Notes under the pieces: generated by a model
Told to the model about the DNA's origin: nothing
Databases searched by the model: none
The model's input: the letters and a program-made list of their open reading frames with translations, nothing else
Shown: in pieces, positions 13,462-31,954 of the stretch
How positions within the stretch are numbered: the first letter of the stretch is position 1
Layout of the letters: every line of letters begins with the position of its first letter
Translations under genes and position numbers: made by a program
Origin: an uncultured Acidobacteriota bacterium
Lineage (GTDB): Bacteria; Acidobacteriota; Thermoanaerobaculia; Multivoradales; UBA5704
DNA length: 64,000 nucleotides
Assembly: GCA_963700145.1 (NCBI GenBank)
Contig: OY969474.1
Location: 2,048,001 to 2,112,000 of the forward strand
Reading direction: 5' to 3'

Positions 13462-14430
13462 GTGATCCCTCCGCCGGCCCTCCTCGCCGCCCTCCTCCTG
13501 CTCGCGGGCCCCGATCCGGCCGACCCGGCCGGCTGGGTCCGCCAGGGGGTCCTGGCGCGCCTCAACATTGAGCGGGCAACGGCGGGCCTGCGGCCGCTCG
13601 CCCTGGACGACCGCCTGGTGCGGGTGGCGCAGCAGGAGGCCGAGGAGATCGCGCGCCGCGGCGTGCGCGCCTACGAGGAGTCGGCGCTGCGCGAGACCTT
13701 CCGCCAGACCCGCCACCGCCTGGCGCGCGCCGCCTACGAGCCGCACGGCTGGAGCGAGAGCTGGGCGCTCGGCGGCGGCGGCGACCTGGAGCGGATCGTC
13801 GGCGGCGCCGACGGCGTGCTGGCGCAGGCGCGGGACGGCGACTACGCGCACCTGGGCGTCGGCTTCAGCCGCCACGACGGCCTGCCGGTCTACACCTTCC
13901 TCCTCGCCTGGCCCGAGGAAGAGTTCTTCGCCCGCCAGACGACCGGCCTCGCCGACCGCGAGGCGGCGCGCCAGGCGATGCTGGCGCAGGCCAACGCGCT
14001 GCGCCAGGCGGCGGGCGCGCCGCCGCTCGCCCTCGATCCGCGGCTCAACGCCGCGGCGCAGCGCCACGCCGAGGACATGCTGGCGCGCTCCTTCTACGCC
14101 CACGACACCCCCGAGGGGGCGGGCCCGGGCGAGCGCGTGCGCGCCGCGGGGTACCCCGCGCCGGCCCTGGTCGGCGAGAACATCGCCCGCGGCGCCCTCT
14201 CGGTCGAGGAGGCGCTCGCCGGCTGGACGCGCAGCCGCGAGCACCGCCGGAACCTCCTCCACGGCGCCTTCACCGGCCTCGGCGTCGGCTACGCCGCCGG
14301 CCGCGACGCCGACGGTTGGACGGTCGTCTGGGTGCAGGACTTCGCGCGGCCGAAGCGCCCGGCACGTAGGCCGGGCGCTTCAGCGGTTCTCTCCTTGACC
14401 ATCAGCCAGGCGTCCAGCCCGCGGCGGTAG
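13462..14430 (+). CDS. Secreted protein with two CAP domains (first degenerate)
   Basis: Signal-like N-terminus; LNIER..HLGVG domain followed by AAQRHAEDM..GENIA..SREHRRNLL domain. The tail overlaps the GNAT gene. Confidence 0.82.
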   Translation: MIPPPALLAALLLLAGPDPADPAGWVRQGVLARLNIERATAGLRPLALDDRLVRVAQQEAEEIARRGVRAYEESALRETFRQTRHRLARAAYEPHGWSESWALGGGGDLERIVGGADGVLAQARDGDYAHLGVGFSRHDGLPVYTFLLAWPEEEFFARQTTGLADREAARQAMLAQANALRQAAGAPPLALDPRLNAAAQRHAEDMLARSFYAHDTPEGAGPGERVRAAGYPAPALVGENIARGALSVEEALAGWTRSREHRRNLLHGAFTGLGVGYAAGRDADGWTVVWVQDFARPKRPARRPGASAVLSLTISQASSPRR

Positions 14431-14849
14431 TAGCGCGGCAGGCGGCGGACGGCGCGGTAGCCGTGGCGCTCGTAGAAGGCGCGCGCGCCGGCCTCCCCTA
14501 CCGCCGTCTCGAGGGCGATCTCGCGGGCGCCCGCTTCCCAGAGCCACGCCTCCGCCGTCGCGAGGAGGCGCCCGCCGACGCCGCGCCGCTGCCGCCCGGG
14601 GGCGACGTCGAGGGTCGCCAGGTGGGCGAGCCCGCGCCGCTCGACACAGGCGACCGCGAAGCCCACGACCTCGCCCGCCGCTTCGGCCACCCACGTCCGG
14701 CACCCCCGGCTGCCGATCCACTGCGCCAGCTCCCGCCGCGAGTAGGCGAGCTCCGGCGGGAAGGCGGCGCGGTCGATGGCGTGCAGGCGCTCGAAGTCCT
14801 CCGGCCGCGCGTCGCGGATCAGGAGGGAGGACTGGTCCGTGCTTTGCAC
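14289..14849 (-). CDS. GNAT (RimI-like) N-acetyltransferase
   Basis: IRDARPED, LDVAPGRQRRGVG motif A, ARAFYERHGY, YY..DAWLM. Confidence 0.85.
   Translation of the reverse strand: MQSTDQSSLLIRDARPEDFERLHAIDRAAFPPELAYSRRELAQWIGSRGCRTWVAEAAGEVVGFAVACVERRGLAHLATLDVAPGRQRRGVGGRLLATAEAWLWEAGAREIALETAVGEAGARAFYERHGYRAVRRLPRYYRRGLDAWLMVKERTAEAPGLRAGRFGRAKSCTQTTVQPSASRPAA
14352..14381. repeat. REP-like palindrome, copy 1
   Basis: GAAGCGCCCGGC-ACGTAG-GCCGGGCGCTTC; core 23/24 identical to 34503..34526. Confidence 0.6.
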
Positions 14850-14876
14850 CGTGAGCTTCTTACGAGGAGGTGGTGA

Positions 14877-15305
14877 ATGAAAGTGCGAGAGATCATGACC
14901 GAGAACCCCGCCTGCTGCACCCCCGAGCAGACGGTGCGCGAAGCGGCGCACCTGATGGTGCAGAACGACTGCGGCTCGATCCCGGTGGTCGAGGAGAGCA
15001 CCCGCCGGCTGCTCGGCGTGGTGACCGACCGCGACCTGGCGATCCGCGTCCTGGCCGAGGGGCGCGGACCGGACACGCCGGTGCGCGAGGCGATGACGCC
15101 GGACCCGGTGACCTGCAGCCCCGACGACGACGTGGACAAGGTGGAGCGGCTGATGGCCGAGCGGCAGGTGCGCCGCATCCCGGTGGTCGAGAACGGGCGC
15201 GTCGTCGGCGTGGTGGCGCAGGCCGACCTGGCGCTCCACCCGAACGCCGTCTCCGACCGCGAGGTCGGGCACCTGGTGGAAGAGATCTCGCAGCCGACGC
15301 GGTAG
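14877..15305 (+). CDS. CBS-domain pair protein (Hrp1/YhcV-like)
   Basis: MKVREIMT, CGSIPVV, GVVTDRD, QVRRIPVV, GVVAQADL; AGGAGG RBS. Confidence 0.92.
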   Translation: MKVREIMTENPACCTPEQTVREAAHLMVQNDCGSIPVVEESTRRLLGVVTDRDLAIRVLAEGRGPDTPVREAMTPDPVTCSPDDDVDKVERLMAERQVRRIPVVENGRVVGVVAQADLALHPNAVSDREVGHLVEEISQPTR

Positions 15306-15316
15306 ACCGCCGGCGC

Positions 15317-16974
15317 CTACCGCGGCGGTAAGGGCTTGAGGTGGATCGTCGCGTCGCGGTTGAGCACGCCGCGCGGGGAGACCGCGTCGCCGGTGGCCTC
15401 GAAGTTGCGGTCGCCGGCGGCGCCCACGAGCTCGAGGACGAGGAGCACCGCGGCGGCCGCGGCGAGCAGCCAGCGCGGGGGCCGCCGGGGCGCGAACCGC
15501 CGCAGGCCCGCCGCGACCGCCGCCGCGACGAGCGTCCACCAGAACGGCAGGATCAGCAGCCCCTGGCGCACGTAGCCGAAGGTCAGCCCCACGACCAGCG
15601 CCCACACCAGCGTCAGCAGCAGCACCAGGACACCCCAGCGCCGGGCCGGGCCGCCGGCGGCGAGGCAGACCGCCGAGCCCGAGGAGCGCCAGCGGCGGCC
15701 CCAGCCAGAGCGTCGGGCGCGAGGCGGCGGAGGTCGGGACGAAGACGTCCACCGGCCGCCGCACCCCGGTCAAGCCGCCGGGCCGGTCCCACTGCGTCCA
15801 GCCGAGCCGCCAGGCGTCGAGCGAGAGCCGCCACTTGGCGAGCACGAGGCGCGCGGCCGCGCCGGGGCGCTCGCGCGCCCACCGCCAGGCCATGCGCTGG
15901 CCGTGGAGCACCATCTCGAGGTGCTTCGGGTCCTCGAGGTCGAGCATCGTGCCGCCGCCGGCGGTGAGCGGCGCCGGGGAGAAGGTGCCGTCGGAGCCGG
16001 GGTGGTTGCCGAGGGCGACGTTGAGCGGTCCGTAGAGGGTGAGCGGCACGAAGAGCGGCAGCGGCTCGGCGAGCCGGCCGGCGTGCCGCTCATTGAACTC
16101 CGCGAGCCGCACCGCGTTGCGCGCCGTCCACGGAGCGACCGCGAGGAGCCACCCCGCCGCCACCAGCGCCCAGGGAGCCAGGCGCCGGCCGGGCACGCGC
16201 CGGCCGCGCAGCCAACCCCAGAGGCCGACGCCGACCAGGAGAATGGCGACGAGCGCGCCCTCGGCGCGGGTGAGAGCGAGGAGGCCCAGGAGCACGCCCA
16301 GGAGAAGGGACCAGAGGTTGCTGCGGGAGCGATCGACTGTCGCGGCAAGCGGCGGTCGATCGGCCGCCGAAGGCGGCGTGGAATCAAGCGGATGCTCCAG
16401 CTTCCGGCTCCACACCAGCAGGCAGAGGAGGAGGAGCGTCAGGTACGGCCCCTCCGAGACCGGCGCCACCGCCAGCACGTAGGAGCCGAAGTGGTAGAGG
16501 GTGAGCGCGGCACCCGCCAGCGCCACGCCGCGCCCGAGGTAGGGGTGGGCGAGGAGGTAGAGCAGGCCGACCGCCGCGCTCGCCACGAGGGCCAGGACGA
16601 GCCGCACCGCGAGGTGCGGCACGTGGTCGGCGGGGTCCCCGGCCCCCACCAGCGTCTGGACCGCGGCGAGGAGCCAGGCGAAGCCGGGGGGGTGGAACGG
16701 CACCCCTTCGTCGTAGAGCTTCCCGGCCAGCAGCGCCCGCGCGTAGCGGAAGAAGGCCTCCGAGTCCCCCTCGTAGAAGACGGTGAACGGCCAGCTCCAG
16801 TCGCGGTTCGAGAAGAGAAAGGCGGCGCGGTGCGCCCAGGCGAGGAGGGTCAGGCCCAGCGCAATCCCCGAGGTCGCCGGCCAGGAGCGGGGACCGCGCG
16901 CCGCCGGCAGTCCGCGCCCTGCCGGCCGGGCCGCTCCGCCGCTCCGCGCGCCGCCGCTCGGCCCTCGCCGTCAC
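15317..16974 (-). pseudogene. ArnT/PMT-like (GT-C) membrane glycosyltransferase carrying two frameshifts
   Basis: Main frame GDSEAFF..PFHPPG..SEGPY..LTRAE..PWTARN has no in-frame ATG/GTG/TTG until 16703, while GTG 16974 is off-frame. One extra G near 15673 moves the C-terminus (FGYVRQG) into ORF 15317..15625. Confidence 0.7.
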
Positions 16975-16998
16975 GGCGGCGATGCTCTCACATGGGGG

Positions 16999-17898
16999 TC
17001 ACTCCGTCGCCGCCGCCGGTACGAGGACGCGCAGGGCGCGCGGCCGGTTGCGGTAGCGGAGCGGCGGCGCCAGGGTCACCACCTCGCCGTCGAGGTAGAC
17101 GGGCAGCGCCTTGCGCCGTGTCTCGATCGTGAATTCGGGCAGGCACCAGGACTCGAAGTGGCGGGTCGCCGAGACGTCTCGGAAGAGCGCCAGCAGCGTG
17201 ATGCCGACGATGCACCAGCGCGACGAGCAGCGCGCGATGTAGAGGTAGAGGTCGCCGCTGTCGAGCCGGGAGCGGGCGCCGTAGTCGAAGAGGCTCATCT
17301 CGTACTCGTTGTTGCCGATGAAGGCGAAGTGGGTGTGGCGGCTGATCGCCCGCCCCTCGACCTGGAGCCGGACGTCGAGCGGCGGCAGGCGCGGCACCAC
17401 CTTGAGCAGCGCCGAGGCGGTGGCCAGCCACTTGCCGCGCCCCAGGCGCTCGCGCTGGCGGTCGCGCACCACGACGACGGTCGGATAGAGGCCGATCGAG
17501 GAGTTGTTGACGAAGATCTCGCCGTTGACCTCGCCCAGGTCGAGGGCGTGGACGCGGCCGGCGGCGAGGGCGGGGATCGCCTCCTCCACCGCCAGCGGCA
17601 CCTTCAGGTCCTTGGCGAAGTGGTTGAGGGTGCCGAGCGGCAGGACGCCGAGCGCCTCGCGGCGCCCGGCCAGGACGGTGGCGAGCGAGCGGACGGTGCC
17701 GTCGCCGCCGCCGGCGATCAGCGCGTCGACGCCGCGGGCCAGCGCCGCCCGCGCGGTCTCCGGGATCTCGGCGCCGTCGACGAAGTGGACCTCCGCCTCC
17801 ACCCCCGCGGCGGTGAAGGCGTCGCGGAGCTGGTCCGGGGTGAGCTCCTGGCGCTGGACGGTCCCGGCGCCATGGTTGACGATGACGGCCGCGCGCAC
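16999..17898 (-). CDS. Diacylglycerol kinase family lipid kinase
   Basis: IVNHGAG, GGGDGT, LPLGTLNHFAKDL, FVNNSSIG, LDGE. Confidence 0.92.
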   Translation of the reverse strand: MRAAVIVNHGAGTVQRQELTPDQLRDAFTAAGVEAEVHFVDGAEIPETARAALARGVDALIAGGGDGTVRSLATVLAGRREALGVLPLGTLNHFAKDLKVPLAVEEAIPALAAGRVHALDLGEVNGEIFVNNSSIGLYPTVVVVRDRQRERLGRGKWLATASALLKVVPRLPPLDVRLQVEGRAISRHTHFAFIGNNEYEMSLFDYGARSRLDSGDLYLYIARCSSRWCIVGITLLALFRDVSATRHFESWCLPEFTIETRRKALPVYLDGEVVTLAPPLRYRNRPRALRVLVPAAATE

Positions 17899-17947
17899 GG
17901 CCGTGGCGAGTGCAAATAGGCCGGCCCGAGGCGGCGGCCGCGCCTGC

Positions 17948-18688
17948 TTACCAGTCCATGCGGTCGATGGCGTAGGGCAGCATCTTCCGCCACCACGGCC
18001 AGTCGTGGGCCACGTCGTGCCCCCAGAGGTCGAGGACGTGCGGGATGCCCTTGCGGTCGAGGAGCTCGGAGAGCCGGCGCGAGGCGTCCGGCGTCTCCCA
18101 CGCTCCCTGTCCGGTTAGGACCTGGATCTGGCAGGCGGTGCGCAGCAGCTCGAGGCGCTCCCCCTCCAGGTTGTCCAGGTACCAGGCCGGGTTGTTGAAG
18201 TAGCAGTTGTCGTCGCAGTAGCCGCGCAGGTAGTCGCCGGCGAGGTCGTAGAAGCCGCTCATCGCGATGACGCCGTCGAAGAGCTCCGGCCGGCGGAAGA
18301 GGGCGTTGGCGGCGTGGAAGGCGCCGAAGCTGGCGCCGGCGGTGGCGACGCGCAGCTCCGGCGACTGGCAGACGCCGCGGATGTAGGGCACCACCTCGTC
18401 CTCGACGTAGGCCGAGAAGAGCGCCTGCCGGCGGGCCTGCTCGCCCACCGGCAGCTTGTCGTCCATCCACGCCTGCTGGTTGATGCTGTTGATCGAGAAG
18501 ACCCGCACCCGCCCCGCCTCGATCTGCGGCGCGAGCGCCTCGACCAGGCCGAAGCGCTCGTTCTCCAGGTAATCCGCCGCCGCCGTCGGGAAGAGGAGCA
18601 GCGGGTGCCCCCAGTGCCCGTAGCCGACGATGGGCATCCCCTGCCCCAACGCCGGGCTGTGCCAGCCGTCCAGGTGACGGTCGTCCAT
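17948..18688 (-). CDS. Putative esterase (alpha/beta hydrolase)
   Basis: YGHWGHPLLLFPT, GASFG, HDWPWW. Confidence 0.88.
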   Translation of the reverse strand: MDDRHLDGWHSPALGQGMPIVGYGHWGHPLLLFPTAAADYLENERFGLVEALAPQIEAGRVRVFSINSINQQAWMDDKLPVGEQARRQALFSAYVEDEVVPYIRGVCQSPELRVATAGASFGAFHAANALFRRPELFDGVIAMSGFYDLAGDYLRGYCDDNCYFNNPAWYLDNLEGERLELLRTACQIQVLTGQGAWETPDASRRLSELLDRKGIPHVLDLWGHDVAHDWPWWRKMLPYAIDRMDW

Positions 18689-18706
18689 AGCGCCGCGGCC
18701 GGGCCC

Positions 18707-22894
<4,188 letters not shown>

Positions 22895-22909
22895 AGGTCG
22901 GTTCCTCCC

Positions 22910-27175
<4,266 letters not shown>

Positions 27176-27214
27176 GTGTTTGATCAATCTCCTCGGGTCA
27201 GGCGAATCGGGGAG

Positions 27215-27299
27215 GAAAAGAGCCGACACCATGCCCTACCCGTCGGGCGTACCCGGGCGGGCTGTTGGGCATGGTGAGCACTCTCGTTAACAACGAGAG
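27215..27299 (-). promoter_or_regulatory. rplL-rpoB leader hairpins, attenuator-like
   Basis: CTCTCGTT-AAC-AACGAGAG (27281-27299) and CACCATGCCC..GGGCATGGTG (27227-27276), followed on the minus strand by CTCTTTT. Confidence 0.5.
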
Positions 27300-27385
27300 C
27301 GCACCGTTTATGCCAACCCCGCCCGCCCGGGCCCGGAGGCCGCGGCGCGCGCGGGGGACTGACGGGGCGGACGTGGGCCGCCCGC

Positions 27386-27769
27386 CTACTTGACCTGGAC
27401 CTTGGCGCCGGCCTCTTCGAACTTCTTGCGGATCGCCTCCGCCTCGTCCTTGGAGACCCCTTCCTTGACCGTCGCGGGGGCGGACTCGACGAGGTCCTTG
27501 GCCTCCTTGAGGCCGAGGCTGGTCACCTCGCGCACCGCCTTGATGACGTTGATCTTCTTCTCGCCGACCTCCGAGAGGACGACCGTGAACTCGGTCTGCT
27601 CCTCGACCGGGGCCGCGGCGGCCGCGCCGCCGCCGCCCGCCGGCATCGCCACGGCGGCGGCCGCCGCCGAGACGCCGTAGTGCTCCTCCAGCGCCTTGAC
27701 GAGGCTGTTCAGCTCGAGGACCGTCAGCTCGTCGATCTGCTTGATGAAATCCTGGGTTGCGATCGCCAT
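27386..27769 (-). CDS. rplL: 50S ribosomal protein L7/L12
   Basis: [30 protein letters not shown]. Confidence 0.98.
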   Translation of the reverse strand: MAIATQDFIKQIDELTVLELNSLVKALEEHYGVSAAAAAVAMPAGGGGAAAAAPVEEQTEFTVVLSEVGEKKINVIKAVREVTSLGLKEAKDLVESAPATVKEGVSKDEAEAIRKKFEEAGAKVQVK

Positions 27770-27802
27770 CTCGTTTCTCCTTGAGTTCTATGTACGAAGG
27801 GC

Positions 27803-28336
27803 TCAGGCGCCCTGTTCTTCCTTGCGGGTCCGCACCTGGTCGAGCACCGCCACGAACTGCTGCGGCACGGCGGCCAGGACGCGGGCGAGGCGGACGATCG
27901 GCGACTGCATCAGGAAGAGGAGCTTCGCCATCAGCTCCTCCCGCCCCGGCAGGGTCGCGATCTCCTTGATCTGCGCCGCCGGCACCGCCCGTCCCTCGAC
28001 CAGCCCGGCCTTGAACTCGATGACCGGCGCGTCCTTGGCGAAGTCGGTCAGCGCCTTGGCGACCGCCACCGGATCGGTCTCCGAGTAGACGACCGCCGTC
28101 GGCCCGGTGAAGTGCTGGGCCAGCTCGCCCATCGGCTTGCCCTCGATGGCGCGCAGGGCGAGGGTGTTCTTGACCACGATGTAGTGGCCGCCGCTCTGGC
28201 GCACCCGCGCTCGCAGGTCGCTCACCTGCGGCACCTTGATCCCCTTGAAGCCGAGCAGGAAGGCGTGCGGCGCTTGCGCCAGTCCTTCGCTGTACTCGGC
28301 GAGCATCTGCTCTTTGTCGGCACGGCTGAGCGGCAT
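27803..28336 (-). CDS. rplJ: 50S ribosomal protein L10
   Basis: VVKNTL, GPTAV, LPGREEL; synteny. Confidence 0.96.
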   Translation of the reverse strand: MPLSRADKEQMLAEYSEGLAQAPHAFLLGFKGIKVPQVSDLRARVRQSGGHYIVVKNTLALRAIEGKPMGELAQHFTGPTAVVYSETDPVAVAKALTDFAKDAPVIEFKAGLVEGRAVPAAQIKEIATLPGREELMAKLLFLMQSPIVRLARVLAAVPQQFVAVLDQVRTRKEEQGA

Positions 28337-28346
28337 GGGCTTCTCC

Positions 28347-29048
28347 TTAGGCTTCCGCGTGGGCCAGCTCGTTCTCGTCGATCCGGATGCCCGGACCCAT
28401 CGTCGAGGAGAGGCTGACCGACTTCAAGTACTTCCCCTTGGCCGCGGCGGGCTTCGCCTTGAGCACCGCGCCGAAGAGCGCCTCGGCGTTCTCCTTGAGC
28501 TTCTCGGGCCCGAAGGAGAGCTTGCCGACCGGGGCGTGGATGATGCCGGTCTTGTCGACCCGGAACTCCACCTTGCCGGCCTTGATGTCCTGCACCGCGC
28601 GGGCGACGTCCAGGGAGACGGTGCCGGCCTTCGGGTTGGGCATCAGGCCACGCGGGCCGAGCACCTTACCGAGGCGGCCGACGACGCGCATCATGTCGGG
28701 GGTGGCGACGACGGCGTCGAAGTCCAGCCAGCCCCCCTCGATCTTCTTGGCCAGCTCGTCGCCGCCGACGTGGTCCGCCCCGGCCTCCTCGGCCTCGCGG
28801 ATCTTCTCGCCCGAGGCGAAGACCAGGACGCGCACCTGCTTGCCGAGCCCGTGCGGCAGCACCACCGTGCCGCGCACCATCTGATCGGCGTGCTTGGGGT
28901 CCACCCCCAGCCGCATCGCCACCTCGAGCGTCTCGTCGAACTTGGCGAAGGCGGAGTCCTTGGCGAGCTGGATGGCCTCGCCGAGCGGATAGGCCCGCTG
29001 CTCGACCTTGCCCGCCGCCTGCGTGAACTTCTTGCCGTGCTTGGCCAC
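28347..29048 (-). CDS. rplA: 50S ribosomal protein L1
   Basis: [35 protein letters not shown]. Confidence 0.98.
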   Translation of the reverse strand: MAKHGKKFTQAAGKVEQRAYPLGEAIQLAKDSAFAKFDETLEVAMRLGVDPKHADQMVRGTVVLPHGLGKQVRVLVFASGEKIREAEEAGADHVGGDELAKKIEGGWLDFDAVVATPDMMRVVGRLGKVLGPRGLMPNPKAGTVSLDVARAVQDIKAGKVEFRVDKTGIIHAPVGKLSFGPEKLKENAEALFGAVLKAKPAAAKGKYLKSVSLSSTMGPGIRIDENELAHAEA

Positions 29049-29063
29049 GATGCTCTCCCTCGC

Positions 29064-29489
29064 CTACGCCGTGACGTCGATGCCCATCGAGCGGGCGGTG
29101 CCTTCGATGATCCGGACCGCCGCCTCGAGGCTGCCGGCGTTCAAGTCCGGGAGCTTCGTCTTGGCGATCTCCTCGACCTGCGCCCGCGTCACCGTGCCGA
29201 CCTTGTTGCGGTTCGGCTCGCCCGAGCCCTTCTCCACCCCGGCCGCCTTCTGCAGCAGGATCGAGGCGGGCGGCGTCTTGGTGATGAAGGTGTAGCTGCG
29301 GTCGGCGTAGACCGTCACCACGACGGGAATGATCATCCCGGCCTGCGACGCCGTCCGGGCGTTGAAGTTCTTGCAGAAGTCCATGATGTTGACCCCGGCC
29401 TGACCGAGCGCGGGGCCCACCGGCGGCGCCGGCGTCGCCGCGCCCGCCGGGATCTGGAGCTTCACCTGTCCGACGACTTTCTTCGCCAT
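29064..29489 (-). CDS. rplK: 50S ribosomal protein L11
   Basis: [30 protein letters not shown]. Confidence 0.98.
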   Translation of the reverse strand: MAKKVVGQVKLQIPAGAATPAPPVGPALGQAGVNIMDFCKNFNARTASQAGMIIPVVVTVYADRSYTFITKTPPASILLQKAAGVEKGSGEPNRNKVGTVTRAQVEEIAKTKLPDLNAGSLEAAVRIIEGTARSMGIDVTA

Positions 29490-29508
29490 GCTCGCCTCGC
29501 GTTCGCGC

Positions 29509-30075
29509 CTACAGCTTCTGGACCTGTGAGAAGTCCAGCTCGACCGGCGTCTGCCGGCCGAAGATGGTCACCATCACCTTCAACGTGTTGCGGTCGAGGT
29601 TGATCTCCTCGACCACGCCGGTGAAGTTGTTGAACGGCCCGTCGATGATCTTGACCGGCTCCGACTTCTCGAACATGTACTTCGGCTTCGGCTTCTCCTT
29701 GGCCGTCACCACCTGCTCGAGGATCTGGTCCACCTCCTCCTGGGTGAGCGGCGTGGGCTTCTTGCCGGTGCCCACGAAGCCGGTCACCTTGGGGGTGTTC
29801 TTGACCACGTGCCAGGCGGCGTCCGACATCTCCATCTCGACCAGGATGTAGCCGGGGAAGAACTTGCGCTGCGTCTCCTTCTTCTTCCCGCTCTTGTACT
29901 CGACCACGGTCTCGGTGGGGATGCGGATCTCGCCGAAGGCGTCCCCCATGCCGAGCGCCTCGGCGCGCTGGCGCAGCGTCTCCTTGACCCGCTCCTCGAA
30001 GCCGGAGTAGGTGTGGACGATGAACCACTTGCGCTCGCCCTTGGCGGCCTCGCGCGTCCCGACTTCCGGGGTCAT
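29509..30075 (-). CDS. nusG: Transcription termination/antitermination factor NusG
   Basis: [22 protein letters not shown] motif [19 protein letters not shown]. Confidence 0.98.
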   Translation of the reverse strand: MTPEVGTREAAKGERKWFIVHTYSGFEERVKETLRQRAEALGMGDAFGEIRIPTETVVEYKSGKKKETQRKFFPGYILVEMEMSDAAWHVVKNTPKVTGFVGTGKKPTPLTQEEVDQILEQVVTAKEKPKPKYMFEKSEPVKIIDGPFNNFTGVVEEINLDRNTLKVMVTIFGRQTPVELDFSQVQKL

Positions 30076-30344
30076 GAGAACACCTCGAAGATCCAGGCCA
30101 GTCCCTTGCTGATCAAGACGTCGGCGGCCGACAGGTAGACCGAGATCAGGAAGCTGAAGACCACGACCACCGTGGTCGTGGCGATCACCTCGTCGCGCGA
30201 CGGAAAGCTCACCTTGCGCAGCTCCGAGCGGACCTCCCCGAGGAAGGTCACCATCTGGGCCCACTTGCCCGCCTTGACCAGCCAGAAGACGAGGCCGGCG
30301 AGGGCCGCGACCACGACCAGCAGAACGATCATCCCCACGCTCAT
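30072..30344 (-). CDS. secE: Preprotein translocase subunit SecE
   Basis: EVRSELRKVSFPSRDE followed by a TM helix; position between tRNA-Trp and nusG. Confidence 0.93.
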   Translation of the reverse strand: MSVGMIVLLVVVAALAGLVFWLVKAGKWAQMVTFLGEVRSELRKVSFPSRDEVIATTTVVVVFSFLISVYLSAADVLISKGLAWIFEVFS

Positions 30345-30374
30345 GTCGTCACTTTCCGGCTGCGCTCAGAGGTT

Positions 30375-30451
30375 TGGCAGGCCAGGAGGGATTCGAACCC
30401 CCAACCCTCGGTTTTGGAGACCGATGCTCTACCAGTTCGAGCTACTGGCCT
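30375..30451 (-). tRNA. tRNA-Trp(CCA)
   Basis: AGGCCAG..TCGGT-CTCCAAA-ACCGA..GGTTCGAATCC..CTGGCCTGCCA. Confidence 0.97.
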
Positions 30452-30461
30452 GTAGTCCTTC

Positions 30462-31655
30462 TTACTTGACGATGTCCGTCACGGTCCCGGCGCCGACGGT
30501 GCGCCCGCCCTCGCGGATGGCGAACCGCACACCCTTCTCCATCGCGATCGGCGCGATCAGCTCAACCTCCAGGTTCACGTTGTCCCCCGGCATCACCATC
30601 TCCGTCCCCTCCGGCAACTGCGCCACACCCGTCACGTCCGTCGTCCGGAAGTAAAACTGCGGCCGGTAGCCATTGAAAAACGGCGTGTGCCGTCCACCCT
30701 CCTCCTTGGTCAGGATGTAGACCTCACCCTTAAACTTCGTGTGCGGCGTGATCGACCCCGGCTTGGCCAACACCTGCCCCCGCTCCACGTCGTCCTTCTT
30801 CGTCCCCCGCAGCAAGACCCCGATGTTGTCCCCCGCCTGCCCCTGGTCCAGGAGCTTGCGGAACATCTCGACGCCGGTGACCACCGTCTTCGTCGTCGGC
30901 CGGATCCCCACGATCTCCACCTCGTCGCCCACCTTGACGATCCCCCGCTCCACCCGCCCCGTCACCACCGTCCCCCGTCCCGCGATCGAGAAGATGTCCT
31001 CGATCGGCATCAGGAATGGCTTCTCGATCGCCCGCTCCGGCAGCGGAATGTAGCTGTCGACCGACTCGATCAGCTCCATGATCTTCTGCCCCGCTTCGCT
31101 CTCCGGGTCTCCGCTCTCCAGCGCCTTCAACGCCGAACCCCGGATGATCGGGATGTCGTCGCCCGGGAAGTCGTAGGAGCTGAGCAGCTCCCGAAGCTCC
31201 AGCTCGACGAGGTCGAGCAGCTCCGGGTCGTCGACCATGTCCACCTTGTTGAGGAAAACGACCATCGAGGGCACGCCGACCTGGCGCGCCAAGAGGATGT
31301 GCTCCCGCGTCTGCGGCATCGGGCCGTCCGCCGCCGAGACCACCAGGATCGCACCGTCCATCTGCGCCGCCCCGGTGATCATGTTCTTGACGTAGTCCGC
31401 ATGTCCCGGGCAGTCCACGTGCGCGTAGTGCCGCTTGTCGCTCGCGTACTCCACGTGCGCCGTCGCGATCGTGATGCCGCGCTCCCGCTCCTCGGGGGCC
31501 TTGTCGATCTGGTCGAAGGCCACGAAGCTGGCCAGACCCTTCTTCGCCAATACCTTCGTGATCGCCGCCGTCAACGTCGTCTTGCCGTGGTCCACGTGGC
31601 CGATCGTCCCCACGTTGACGTGCGGCTTCGTCCGCTCGAACTTCTCCTTGCCCAT
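30462..31655 (-). CDS. tuf: Elongation factor Tu
   Basis: [26 protein letters not shown]. Confidence 0.99.
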   Translation of the reverse strand: MGKEKFERTKPHVNVGTIGHVDHGKTTLTAAITKVLAKKGLASFVAFDQIDKAPEERERGITIATAHVEYASDKRHYAHVDCPGHADYVKNMITGAAQMDGAILVVSAADGPMPQTREHILLARQVGVPSMVVFLNKVDMVDDPELLDLVELELRELLSSYDFPGDDIPIIRGSALKALESGDPESEAGQKIMELIESVDSYIPLPERAIEKPFLMPIEDIFSIAGRGTVVTGRVERGIVKVGDEVEIVGIRPTTKTVVTGVEMFRKLLDQGQAGDNIGVLLRGTKKDDVERGQVLAKPGSITPHTKFKGEVYILTKEEGGRHTPFFNGYRPQFYFRTTDVTGVAQLPEGTEMVMPGDNVNLEVELIAPIAMEKGVRFAIREGGRTVGAGTVTDIVK

Positions 31656-31710
31656 GACCTGTCTATCGCCTCCTCGTGCCGCAGCCTCGCCGCGCCGGGT
31701 GGGTGGGGGA

Positions 31711-31785
31711 TGGAGCCCACGACCGGATTTGAACCGGTGACCCCTTCCTTACCAAGGAAGTGCTCTACCCCTGAGCCACGTGGGC
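31711..31785 (-). tRNA. tRNA-Thr(GGT)
   Basis: GCCCACG..CTTCC-TTGGTAA-GGAAG..GGTTCAAATCC..CGTGGGCTCCA. Confidence 0.97.
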
Positions 31786-31850
31786 TTGTTGTCTAAGTTC
31801 CGAAGGACACGCGGCCGACACCCGCCCCCGCCAGGCGGGCAAACCGCGCG

Positions 31851-31879
31851 ATCTTACTGCCTTATCCGCTTCCTGTAAA
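31851..31879 (-). promoter_or_regulatory. Sigma-70 promoter for the tRNA-Thr-tuf operon
   Basis: TTTACA-N17-TAAGAT followed by a GC-rich discriminator CGCGCGG. Confidence 0.75.
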
Positions 31880-31954
31880 GCGCCACCTCCGCCCGGAGGG
31901 ACCGCCTCGGCGGAGGCACCGGACGCCCGGAAGGACGCCCGCGGCGAAGAGGCG

